From assembly GCA_963751455.1 (NCBI GenBank), contig CAVVUN010000015.1, forward strand, positions 544,001-608,000: a stretch of 64,000 nt of DNA, given 5' to 3'. This document shows, piece after piece, positions 1 to 9,449 of this stretch. The stretch is from Nitrospirota bacterium. Its GTDB lineage: Bacteria > Nitrospirota > UBA9217. Below the pieces are notes generated by a model. The model had not been told where the DNA came from. It made no database searches and worked only from the letters and a program-made list of their open reading frames with translations. A program made the translations under genes and the position numbers. Every line of letters begins with the position of its first letter. Positions within the stretch are counted from its first letter, which is position 1.

Positions 1-2
1 AA

Positions 3-926
3 TCGTGGAGAAAGAAGCGGGGTATCGAGGAAGACGCCGTCGCGGTTGTCCTTGAAAAAACCGGGCTCGCGAGAAAAAACGACCCTGATCAACTCCTCCC
101 TACCCGCGCTGCCGTTCTCCTGTTCGCGGAACATCCCAACGATCTTCTCGACACGAAATGCACGATTCGCGTTTTCCAATATGAGGGCACGCTGGAAGCG
201 ATCAAAGAGACGCTAAACCTCATCGGCGTTCCCAAGACCATCAACGGCCCCGTCATCAGGCAGATATCCGAAGCGCATGAACACGTTCTGTCGCTGCTTC
301 GGTCCGGGATGCGGGTTCCCTCGGGTTTTGTAACGACCTACAGAGTTCCAGAACGCGCGATCAAAGAGGCGATCACAAACGCTGTAATTCATCGTGATTA
401 TCACACAAAACGGGATATAGAAATACGAATCTTTGAAGACCGTGTCGAAGTTGAAAGTCCCGGTTTGCTTCCCTTCAATATCACCCCATCCAATATAGGC
501 ATTGAGCGCGCGCATGGGTACCGAAATGATCTCCTGGTCAAACACTTACGCGAGTTTCCCGATCCGCCAAACCTCGATCAAAACGAGGGCGTTCGGGCCA
601 TGCGACAGACCATGAGTGAAGCCGCTCTATATCCTCCGATTTTTTTCACATATCCTTACCTGCAGGATGCTGTCCGAGTCGTGCTTCTAAATGAAAAGGC
701 GCCAAGCGAGTGGGACAAAGTTTCTCATTACCTGAATGCCAATAGGTATATCGGCAATAAAGAGGCGCGGGAAATCCTGCACTTGGTCGATACCGTCAAA
801 GTATCACGGCTTTTCAACCGATGGGTAAAACAGGGACTGCTAACCAAGATCGTGCCTCGGACAGGCTCCAAAAAGAGCGTGCGCTACAGACTGCCGGCCG
901 CTGATGAGAAGCTTTATTTGCTGTGA
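3..926 (+). CDS. 5'-partial ATP-binding protein (RecG C-terminal/HATPase_c_4-like domain plus C-terminal winged HTH; the family usually has an N-terminal Schlafen AlbA_2 domain)
   Basis: The frame is open from position 3 (SWRKKRGIEEDAV...PTRAAVLLF...) into the 309..926 ORF. Motifs AIKEAITNAVIHRDY and IRIFEDRVEVESPG; C-terminal helical HTH-like segment. Confidence 0.75.
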   Translation, partial: SWRKKRGIEEDAVAVVLEKTGLARKNDPDQLLPTRAAVLLFAEHPNDLLDTKCTIRVFQYEGTLEAIKETLNLIGVPKTINGPVIRQISEAHEHVLSLLRSGMRVPSGFVTTYRVPERAIKEAITNAVIHRDYHTKRDIEIRIFEDRVEVESPGLLPFNITPSNIGIERAHGYRNDLLVKHLREFPDPPNLDQNEGVRAMRQTMSEAALYPPIFFTYPYLQDAVRVVLLNEKAPSEWDKVSHYLNANRYIGNKEAREILHLVDTVKVSRLFNRWVKQGLLTKIVPRTGSKKSVRYRLPAADEKLYLL

Positions 927-1052
927 ATGAAAGCAATTAAAATTTAAATCTATATTTTTTAAGGAGTTGAGAAGGATTTGTTTGCAGGCGGGGGGCGGAG
1001 AGATGCGGGGCGAAACTGGAAAACGAAATCTGTTGATGCTGGTTTGTCAAAA

Positions 1053-1364
1053 ATGAATTAGATAAAGAATCTTAAAAAAGGTTGGAAAGTCGGGTCGGTC
1101 TCCGACTTCCTCAATTTGAGCCATGAAGAGGAAGAATATATCGAGATGAAGCTCGCCCTCTCGAATTATTTTCAGGAGCTTAGAAAGAAGAAAAACTTGA
1201 CCCAGATGCAGGTTGCCGAAAAAATAAAGTCGAGTCAGTCGCGTGTGGCGAAGATCGAGCGAGCTGAGTCGTCAGTTTCTCTTGACCTCATCGTGCGGTC
1301 GATCATTGCCCTCGGCTCGTCTAAAAAAGAAATCGGCAAGGTTATTCTGGAAAAGACGGCTTAG
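1053..1364 (+). pseudogene. XRE-family HTH protein (HigA-like antitoxin type) with an in-frame TAG at codon 3; possibly translated from TTG 1116
   Basis: ATG 1053-AAT-TAG, then the same frame continues IKNLKKGWKVGSVSDFLNLSHEEEEYIEMKLAL...LTQMQVAEKIKSSQSRVAKIE (HTH). Confidence 0.6.
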
Positions 1365-1479
1365 GTAAGATACTCTTTCTGGTACTCGTCGGCTTCGCCA
1401 CGATTGCTTATGCAACACAAACCTTCCTGCAGAGGTTGCAGGTCTCCGGCCAGCCAGCCCAATTTATTTTATCCATTTT

Positions 1480-1532
1480 TGTTCAATATTCTTCTCTGTT
1501 CAACTTTTATGAACATAAACTATTTATGAACA
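1480..1532. repeat. Symmetric hexamer array TGTTCA-N11-TGTTCA-N7-TGAACA-N11-TGAACA
   Basis: TGTTCA at 1480 and 1497; TGAACA at 1510 and 1527. Confidence 0.7.
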
Positions 1533-1557
1533 TGTTTTTCCCTTTGGTCCTGTTGCT

Positions 1558-4500
1558 CTATCCTCCGATAATGCTTCGATAAAGCTTCCTGGTTTTTTCC
1601 TCCGGTTCGAGGTCCAGGTCCCGGCTGAGCGCGCGTTCGCACCGCTCATAAATCCGGATTGCCTCTGTACGCTGTCCGCCTGCGAGATGGCGCTGCATGA
1701 GCCAGCGGCATGCCTTCTCGTTACCGGGGTCCGAGAGAAACATCTTTTCGTAGAACTGCAGCGCCTTAACACTCTCTCCCATGGAATCGGCCAGGTCGCC
1801 GGCGGTTTCCAGAACTCTCAAGTATTGCCCGCGCAGCCGGTCACGAACCTCCACACTCCAATCGGCATACAGGTCTTCCGGCAGAAAGTCGCCTTCATAA
1901 AGTTCTATAGCGCTTTCGTATTCCCGAAGAAGTTCGATCTGTCCCGATTTGATTTGGCCAGCGCGCCTGATGTGAGCAAGGAACTGATGCACATCGGTCC
2001 AGACAAGATCGCGGTTCAGCGCTATGAGGTCTCCTTCCTGGTAAATACAAAAAACGTCCCTGCCCTCTGCCGCCCGCAGCTCCAGCACTTTTCTTGCGCG
2101 GTGCAGAAGCGAATTGAAACTTGCGCGCAAGTCGTCCCCGTCCCTATCGGGCCAGAGCAATTCCATGGCCCGGTCCCGGGGTAGTTTCCGTCCATCATGC
2201 GCCACGAGCAGCTTAAGGAGCGCTTTTGCACGCCTGCTTTTCCACTCGGAGTCCTGCACACGGGTCTTGCCCCGGAACACGCTGAACCCCCCAAGAGAGT
2301 GCACCCTGAGCACGGGAACCGGCTTGCCGGATGCGCTCCTATCGAGCAACGTTTCGCAATATTCACGGCATATGTTCCCGGCAATGGCAAATTTTGCAAG
2401 ATCGGCCAACTCGTCCGCAGTCAGCAATGCATAATAGGAGAAACCCAGGTCCCGGCCGAGGGTAAACCCTGCCCGAAGGTGCCTGCAGCAAACTTCGTTC
2501 TTCTTCTTTTTTCGATACAGCAGCGCCAGTGCCAGGTGAGCATTTACTTCCTGTTGGACGGCCTTGCTCTGCTGAAGCATCGTGAGCGAACTCAGCAATT
2601 CCTTTTCGGCCTTCGCCATCTTCCCCAGCTTGAGATGAATAGATCCGCTCGCGATGACGTAAATTGCATGGAACAGTTTGCTTCCGGACTGCGCGTGCAC
2701 CGCCAGGGCATAGTCGGACTCAACCTTGGCCCTCTCGAATTTGTTCAAAAACATATACGAGATTGCCAGCAGATGAGCCGCAGAGGCGCTCCGGAAGTGG
2801 TTCCCGGCCTCTACGCCCCTGCGCTTGCAGTCCGCGAGCAGAGCCGCGGCTTCACCGTAACGGCCTTCTGCGATCTTGAGCCATCCTTCAATGTCGCCGG
2901 AAAGAAAACTGATGGACTCGAGCGCATGGATATCGGCCATGCTTCTGCATTGATCGATGCATTCCCGGGCTTCAGTAAAATTTCCCTGGAACAATGCGGA
3001 CATTGCCTTTGTGAACAAGAGAGCCGCGCGGCTGCCGGCTTCATCAGGCATGCATGCAAGAGCGTCGAAACCTTTGCGCAGCGCTTCGTCCGCCGCCCGA
3101 AAATCGCCCTGATATAGCGCACAGGGCGTCAGATATGCGGCGCTCGTCACCTGGTAAAAATGGTCCGCCTTCCTGCGAAAGAGCTCAAGCGCCTGTTGAA
3201 GCGCCTCCCTGCTCTGGTCCAGTTTTCCCAAAAAGAACCATGCCATGCCAATGGCCAGCAGCAGTCTTGCCCTCGTCTCCGCCGGTTCGCGGTTCTTTTC
3301 CCGGAGCAGCGACTGCGCAAGCCCTGCCGCGCGCGACATGCGGGTCAGTCCGCCGTCTGCATGGAAGCAGGCCTCGATCAAGCCGCAGAGCGACAGCATC
3401 TGTCCCGTGGTGCGGTGACGGACAGCGGGACCTGCCTGGAAGCCCTCGAGAGAACGCTCGTACAGCTCAAGCGAGGCCTTCGGATCGCTGAACCGGCAGG
3501 CAACGGCCGTTGAGAACAGGAACCAGACGGTGTTCCGGAGTTCGAGCGGCGCCTGTTTTTGCCAGCGGAGCATTGTCTGTGCGCGGCCTGATGCAATCAG
3601 TGCCGGGGCCGCGGATTCTATGGCCTGAATCGCCTTCTCGAACTGGTTTGACCCAAGAAGGAGATCGATCGCCCGGACGATATCTCCGGTTTCATTGAAG
3701 TAGATCGAAGCGATTGAGCAAAGTTTTTTTACTTCCCCGCGCTTTGACCCGGCTGTCGTTTTTTTCCAGAGAAAATCCCGAAAGAGCGCATGATAGCGGA
3801 CGACGGGACCGTCCTCATCCAGTATGGCAGTAAAAAGATTTCTTTTCTGGAGTTCATTTACGATTCCGGTTATCGACGATTTTGAAGAACTTGAAGAGGA
3901 GACGCGGGGGAGGCCGGTCAGGCGTTCTATCAGGGCAGCGGGCAGATAATCGGTGACGGACGTACGGAGAAGAAAGTCCTGCAGATACCCGGGCAGATGG
4001 GCGAACACTTCCTGGGCAAGATAATCGAAAACATGAGACTGGAATTTGTTCTGCACGCCGTCGCCGAAGATGTCGACTTTAGAGGCGGGGACCGCGGAAT
4101 ACAGATATTCATGCATGAGAACAAGTCCGGCGGGCCAGCCTTCGGCGTTGCGGTTAATGAGCGCGGCTTGATTCTGCGCAAGCGGCATTCCGAAGATCGA
4201 GCAGAAGAGCTGGTGCACTTCGGCGTCATTGAATTTGAGGTCGTTACCGGTGATCTCGCCGACGGCCCGCTTTGCCCGCAGACCTGCTATTTCGAGGGCG
4301 GGACGGGTGCGTGAAATGATCATAAAGCGGATATGCGGCGGAGTTGTTTCCAGAAGCAGCTTGAAGAAAAAAAGAAGAACGTCAGGACACGACGAATCAT
4401 TGAAATCATCGAACACGATCATGCTTTGCTTCGGAAGATTGCCGAATACCTGGCTGATCCATCCGGGCATACTGCGCCGAAGACTGCTGTCGCTGCAATT

Positions 4501-4794
4501 ATTCTGCGAAAGAACGGGCAGGCGGGTAACTCGATCAGGGTAGGCTCTCTTGACAGCCTCGGCAAGGCCGGCAAGAAAGAGGCCCGGGTTGTCGTCTTCC
4601 TGGTCCATATTGTACCAGGCCGACGGATAGCCGAGTGACCGCACATAATCCGCAGCAAGGGTGCTTTTGCCCTGGCCGGCTTGTGCATGGAGGATGATGA
4701 GCTTTTTGTCGTCCCATCCGAGAAGGCGGTTGATAAGCCGCTCCCTGAGAAGGATATTGCCTGTTCCAGGCGGAAGAACTTTGGTAAGGTTCAT
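1558..4794 (-). CDS. MalT-like STAND ATPase / TPR / SARP-type wHTH + BTAD transcriptional activator
   Basis: MalT-like N-terminus TKVLPP...RERL, Walker A AQAGQGKSTL, Walker B IVFDDF, long TPR-like helical region. C-terminal LRVHSLGGF...WKSRRAKALLKLL...LLWPD, then BTAD (YEGDFLPEDLYADW...LDLEPEEKT). Confidence 0.85.
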   Translation of the reverse strand: MNLTKVLPPGTGNILLRERLINRLLGWDDKKLIILHAQAGQGKSTLAADYVRSLGYPSAWYNMDQEDDNPGLFLAGLAEAVKRAYPDRVTRLPVLSQNNCSDSSLRRSMPGWISQVFGNLPKQSMIVFDDFNDSSCPDVLLFFFKLLLETTPPHIRFMIISRTRPALEIAGLRAKRAVGEITGNDLKFNDAEVHQLFCSIFGMPLAQNQAALINRNAEGWPAGLVLMHEYLYSAVPASKVDIFGDGVQNKFQSHVFDYLAQEVFAHLPGYLQDFLLRTSVTDYLPAALIERLTGLPRVSSSSSSKSSITGIVNELQKRNLFTAILDEDGPVVRYHALFRDFLWKKTTAGSKRGEVKKLCSIASIYFNETGDIVRAIDLLLGSNQFEKAIQAIESAAPALIASGRAQTMLRWQKQAPLELRNTVWFLFSTAVACRFSDPKASLELYERSLEGFQAGPAVRHRTTGQMLSLCGLIEACFHADGGLTRMSRAAGLAQSLLREKNREPAETRARLLLAIGMAWFFLGKLDQSREALQQALELFRRKADHFYQVTSAAYLTPCALYQGDFRAADEALRKGFDALACMPDEAGSRAALLFTKAMSALFQGNFTEARECIDQCRSMADIHALESISFLSGDIEGWLKIAEGRYGEAAALLADCKRRGVEAGNHFRSASAAHLLAISYMFLNKFERAKVESDYALAVHAQSGSKLFHAIYVIASGSIHLKLGKMAKAEKELLSSLTMLQQSKAVQQEVNAHLALALLYRKKKKNEVCCRHLRAGFTLGRDLGFSYYALLTADELADLAKFAIAGNICREYCETLLDRSASGKPVPVLRVHSLGGFSVFRGKTRVQDSEWKSRRAKALLKLLVAHDGRKLPRDRAMELLWPDRDGDDLRASFNSLLHRARKVLELRAAEGRDVFCIYQEGDLIALNRDLVWTDVHQFLAHIRRAGQIKSGQIELLREYESAIELYEGDFLPEDLYADWSVEVRDRLRGQYLRVLETAGDLADSMGESVKALQFYEKMFLSDPGNEKACRWLMQRHLAGGQRTEAIRIYERCERALSRDLDLEPEEKTRKLYRSIIGG

Positions 4795-5145
4795 GCCGAT
4801 GCTCCTTTGGAGAGTTCATACGGCTTCCCTAAGCAAACTTCTTTTGAGATTATAGGAACGAAGGCGCCAAAATGCAACAAAATAGTCTCCTGGGTTGATG
4901 GGGATTAACCAACGACATTCTGTTGCAAATTGTTTCAATAAAATTGAAATCTGTTTCTTTTCCTCAAATAAAAGCAAGAATCCCAAAAATATTCCCAAAA
5001 TTTGTTTGCGAAGGGCGTTGATATATGATAACTTTCTTTATAAGCTTAAAGTATTATATTATACGAATGGAATTACTGTTTCTTTGCGTCAAACTCATTA
5101 ACGGCTTTAACGACCAATGAGACTTCGAGTCCAAGGAGGTTTTTC

Positions 5146-7163
5146 GTAAAATCATTCAAGAGTAAAGTCGTTGTCTTGTTTTCCTCAATGGTTTTGCTGG
5201 TATCATGCGGAGGAGGAGGCGGTTCAGCGGCGCCGGACGGAGATGGAGGCGGAGGCACCGGCACCGGGTCTATCGTAAGCGAGGGAACAACGTCGGTGCC
5301 CAAGGATCTCGGGACCACGCCGATTTCATATCCCAATGGAGCTGTCGCGTATGCAGGACACAGTTATTATCAATTTACAACCGGCGAGGCCGGTTCTTAC
5401 ATAATCAAAGTAACAAACACAACTGCCACGATGCTATGGGAGCTCTTTGCGCAGAAGTCTTATTTCAACGATCCTTTTTCCAATTACATCGCAACCGCTG
5501 ACGATATCGGCGATCCTGTCGGAGATCTGATCGCGAACGCTCCGAATCTTGACGCCAATACGACCTATTACCTTCAAGTATGGGACTGGGACGCGCACGG
5601 CGGAACATACCAGATTTCAACAGAGAACGGCAGCAGCGAAGGATCGAAGAACACGCCGATAGCGCTATCCCCGGAGGGATCTCTCATGCCGGCGGGATTG
5701 ACGCCTCCGGCTACAGCTACTACCGGTTCACAACCACGGGCGGTTCGTATATCATCAGCGTGGCAGATCTCTCAGCTCCCGGGAACACGCTCTGGTGGGA
5801 ACTCTATTCCGATTCCGGCTTTACATCGCAGGTCCCAGGCGATACCTGCAACGACTGGAATTCCACGGGCAGTCTTGCAGGAGACATACGTTGCGCCGCG
5901 CCAAATCTTTCCGCGGGAACGTATTACCTAAAGGTATCCAATTATTATAGTTTCCAGTCCACGGCTTATTCAATTATCGTTGCACCCGACGTCCCCGGCT
6001 ATGCCGGAGCGACGCCTGCCTCTCTCGGTCTCGACACGCATGTCACAGGTACGATTATAGACAATGAATTACAATACTATTCTTTCACGCCGCCCGCGAG
6101 CGGTACCTATACCATGACCGTTACGTCCCCGATAAATCTGACCTGGGATCTGTATTCCGACCCTGCCTGCGCGACGCTGCTCAAACACTGCGATTACAGC
6201 AGCTATTCCGACACGGCACAGTGCATGACGAATAATCTCCCGCGCGCCGCTCATTATGTAAAAATAACCAATAATGATTCCGCATCCGGCCAATACGATA
6301 TCCTCGTGACGGGACAGAACGGCAGCGAAGGGGCCATAGGCGATCCGGTCGTCCTGACATCGCGCACGCCTTATACAGCCGGCCGGCTTGCCCGCGCTGG
6401 AACGAGCTATTATAAATTTCAGGCCGAAGCGCTGGCAAATCCGGCACCGTACCTTATAATGATCACCGGAGAGCAGCCGTCCACTGATGTGGTCGGATGG
6501 AAGCTTTTTTCCGATCCGACATTCTCGACTAAAATTGGTGAATGTTTCCTGCGAACCTTCAGTGGCGAGATCGTCTGCTCCACAGGAGAAATTTCACCAC
6601 CTCAGGCTCTCACGCCGGGCGCATACTATTATGTAACCGTCCAGAACGGCTCCAGTTACTCCGCCTCCATAACATGTACGGTAACCGTGACCCCCCTTTC
6701 GAGCGAATCGGGCTGCAGCGCCGGGGGAACTTGCTACAATTTTGAAGCTGCTACTGCGGGAGCTTCTATCCCATCGCCCTTTGCGGCAGAAATGTATAGC
6801 GATGCGAATTGGAATGTGACGACGGGTGATGCAGGCAGCGGCACGAAAAGCGTGCAATCGGGTATAAGTAATAAGAATCAGGATTTAAGCTGTTTCCAAA
6901 TTACGGCGACCGATGTCAAGTGGATGACCTATAGTGTCAAGACGCAGTTCGCCACCGACACGAACTCACTCGGGCTTTACATAGATTTCGGACCAATTTC
7001 AATAGCACCGGATCAATCCTGGACCGGGACAAACGCGTGGCAGAGGGTCATTTACAGGCCCCAGTTCGGAGGAAGCTTCAAGTACGAATGGTGTCACAAA
7101 AAAAATGACACTTTGTATATCGATAACAACGCGTGGATAGACGACATAGAGTTGAATTATTGA
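5146..7163 (+). pseudogene. Frameshifted multi-repeat beta-rich lipoprotein (PPC-like modules), paralog of 7219..9267
   Basis: Lipobox LVSC-GGGGG. ORF 5176..5931 aligns to the N-terminus and ORF 5580..7163 to the C-terminus of the downstream paralog. One base is missing near 5676-5680 (ggatctctcat vs ggatactctcat). AGGAGG at 5134 is followed in frame by GTA at 5146 rather than a canonical start. Confidence 0.8.
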
Positions 7164-7218
7164 TTCGGCCATAAAATTTTATATTTTGAGCCAAGAGACA
7201 CCGACTCGGGAGGTTTCA

Positions 7219-9267
7219 ATGAGTTTAAAATCCGTTTCGCTGAAATGGGTTGTTGCAATTTTCTCTTTGTCGCTGATTGTTTCCTGCGGCGGAGGCGGCG
7301 GTTCAACACCGACCGGAGACGATGGAGGGAATGCCGGCGACGGCGGCGGTAACACCGCGTCAATCGTGAGCGAGGGCACATCATCTGTTCCCAAGGATTT
7401 GGGCATCGCTCCGCTCACCTATACCGGTGGAACCGTTGCATACGGGGGCAACAGCTATTATCAATTCAGAACGGGACAGGCCGGTTCATACGTTATCAGT
7501 GTGGCCAGTACGAACGTCAATATGGTGTGGGATCTCTACTCTCAAAAGTCTGATTTCGACAATTGGCTTGTCTCGGGCATCGCTTACGGCAATGATCTTT
7601 GGACCTCCATCACCGACCTGATCGATACAGCGCCGAATCTCGACGCCAATACGACCTATTATATCGAAGTGGAAAACGGAAATACGAACGGGAACGGCGG
7701 AACATATACTATTTCTGTCAGCAGCGGCAGCAGCGAAGGGTCCAAAAATACCCCGACAGCCCTGACTGCGGACGGATACTCTCATGCCGGAGGCATCGAC
7801 ACTTACGGCTACAGCTATTATTCGTTCACGAGCGCGGGCGGCTCCTACGTTATCAGTTTAGGGGGACTGTCGGTGCCCGCAGACATCCTCTCGTGGAGAG
7901 TGTATTCGGATGCGGCCTTCACCACTCTGGTCTCCGGGGAAACATGCAATGACTATTACAGCAGCGGTTCGCCGGGAGAAATAAGCTGCGCCGCGCCGAA
8001 TCTTCCCGCGGGAACATACTATGTGCAGGTCTATAACTACGGCTCGCAGGACACGTCCTACTCGATAACCGTTGCCCCGGACAGCAGCGGGAGTTATATC
8101 CAGGCTCCCATGCAGCTTGCGCTTGAAACCACTTACAACCAGACCATTTCCGACAACGGATATGACTATTATTATTTCGTCGTGCCGATGGGCGGAAGCG
8201 GGACATACAAAATAAATCTGTCGAGCACGAATGCTGACATGGAATGGGAGCTCTATTCCGGCAGCACATATTCGACTTCTCTCATGCAGTGCAACACAAC
8301 CTCGTCTGCAGGGGCGGAGAGCTGCATGTCTGGCAACATCGATCACGGGACCTACTATGTAAAGGTATACACGAAGGACACGCCCCCGGGGCCCGGAACA
8401 TACCCCTACTCGATCACAGTCACGACACAGGGCTGCAGCGAAGGCTCGCCGAATGAACCCGTTTTACTCACGCCGGAGACTCCCCATACGGGCGGCCGGC
8501 TCGCACCATCAAATCTGATTTACAGTTACTACACGTTTACGACTGAGTCTTTGCCGTCTCCTGCGGCGTACCTGGTCAAGATCACGAGTCAGAATCCGGC
8601 GACACAGTGGCCGGACTGGTCCCTGTTTTCCGATAAGGCTTTGACAACGCAAGTTGCCTGGTGCGGGCGAGGCCCTATCGGCGGCGATACGTTTTGCGTT
8701 ACATACCCACCCCAGAGCGCGGCTCCTGCGATGCTGACACCGAATAGCCAGTATTATCTTGTTGTCGGCAATGACTTTGCGACTCAGCCCATGACATATA
8801 CTTTGAACGTCGTCCCCTTCGACCCGTCAACAGGGTGCACGGCGGGCGGGGACCAGTGTTTCACTTTCGAGACAGGTTCGACGGATCCCCTGACACTCTC
8901 GTCGACAGGCTCGTCCGGGACCGGGCTCTGGTCGCGGTCCACCACAACATCCGGCGCAGGGTCTCAGAGCCTGACTTCGGGCATTGGCCAGAAAAATGAG
9001 AATTTGAGCTGCGTCCAATTCACCGCTACGGACGTCAAATGGATAAGCTTCAGTTTTAAGGCCCCTTTTGTGGATGCACAGGAATTTCTGCGTTTCAATA
9101 TAAGCAATTCCCAGGTTCTTCAAACCTGGTACAATGGGCAACCCTGGCAGCGGATGCTTTTCCCGGGGCAGGCAGGAAGCCATGTTTATGAATGGTGTTA
9201 CGAAAAAACATACTATACCAGCGGATATGATAATGTTTTTCTGGATGACATAGAGCTGAACTATTGA
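7219..9267 (+). CDS. Secreted lipoprotein with four ~115-aa beta-sandwich (PPC-like) modules and a C-terminal adhesin-like domain
   Basis: GGAGG RBS then ATG 7219; lipobox IVSC and Gly-rich linker. Repeated SEGxxxxPxxL / YxYYxF / WxLYS / NLxxGTYY motifs; C-terminal YEWCYEK...DNVFLDDIELNY. Confidence 0.8.
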   Translation: MSLKSVSLKWVVAIFSLSLIVSCGGGGGSTPTGDDGGNAGDGGGNTASIVSEGTSSVPKDLGIAPLTYTGGTVAYGGNSYYQFRTGQAGSYVISVASTNVNMVWDLYSQKSDFDNWLVSGIAYGNDLWTSITDLIDTAPNLDANTTYYIEVENGNTNGNGGTYTISVSSGSSEGSKNTPTALTADGYSHAGGIDTYGYSYYSFTSAGGSYVISLGGLSVPADILSWRVYSDAAFTTLVSGETCNDYYSSGSPGEISCAAPNLPAGTYYVQVYNYGSQDTSYSITVAPDSSGSYIQAPMQLALETTYNQTISDNGYDYYYFVVPMGGSGTYKINLSSTNADMEWELYSGSTYSTSLMQCNTTSSAGAESCMSGNIDHGTYYVKVYTKDTPPGPGTYPYSITVTTQGCSEGSPNEPVLLTPETPHTGGRLAPSNLIYSYYTFTTESLPSPAAYLVKITSQNPATQWPDWSLFSDKALTTQVAWCGRGPIGGDTFCVTYPPQSAAPAMLTPNSQYYLVVGNDFATQPMTYTLNVVPFDPSTGCTAGGDQCFTFETGSTDPLTLSSTGSSGTGLWSRSTTTSGAGSQSLTSGIGQKNENLSCVQFTATDVKWISFSFKAPFVDAQEFLRFNISNSQVLQTWYNGQPWQRMLFPGQAGSHVYEWCYEKTYYTSGYDNVFLDDIELNY

Positions 9268-9307
9268 GGATTTTTTTTGCGGTTCATTTGAAATCTACCA
9301 TTCTTTT

Positions 9308-9338
9308 CCCCTCCCTGTTTTCCCGGGGAGGGGTTTTT
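9308..9338 (+). terminator. Probable intrinsic terminator after the lipoprotein pair
   Basis: cccctccc...ggggagggg stem followed by a T-run. Confidence 0.6.
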
Positions 9339-9449
9339 GCTTTTCTTTAGGGGGGCACGAAAAACTTTTCGTTTGATTTTATGGCTCCGTGATGTTATTA
9401 TTTTCGATCTGTCAAAAAAGAAGCGGATTATTGCGGAGTTATATCAGTT

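Noticed and set aside
1365-1445. Integron attC site after the HTH gene
   Set aside because: No paired RYYYAAC / GTTRRRY core sites were found.
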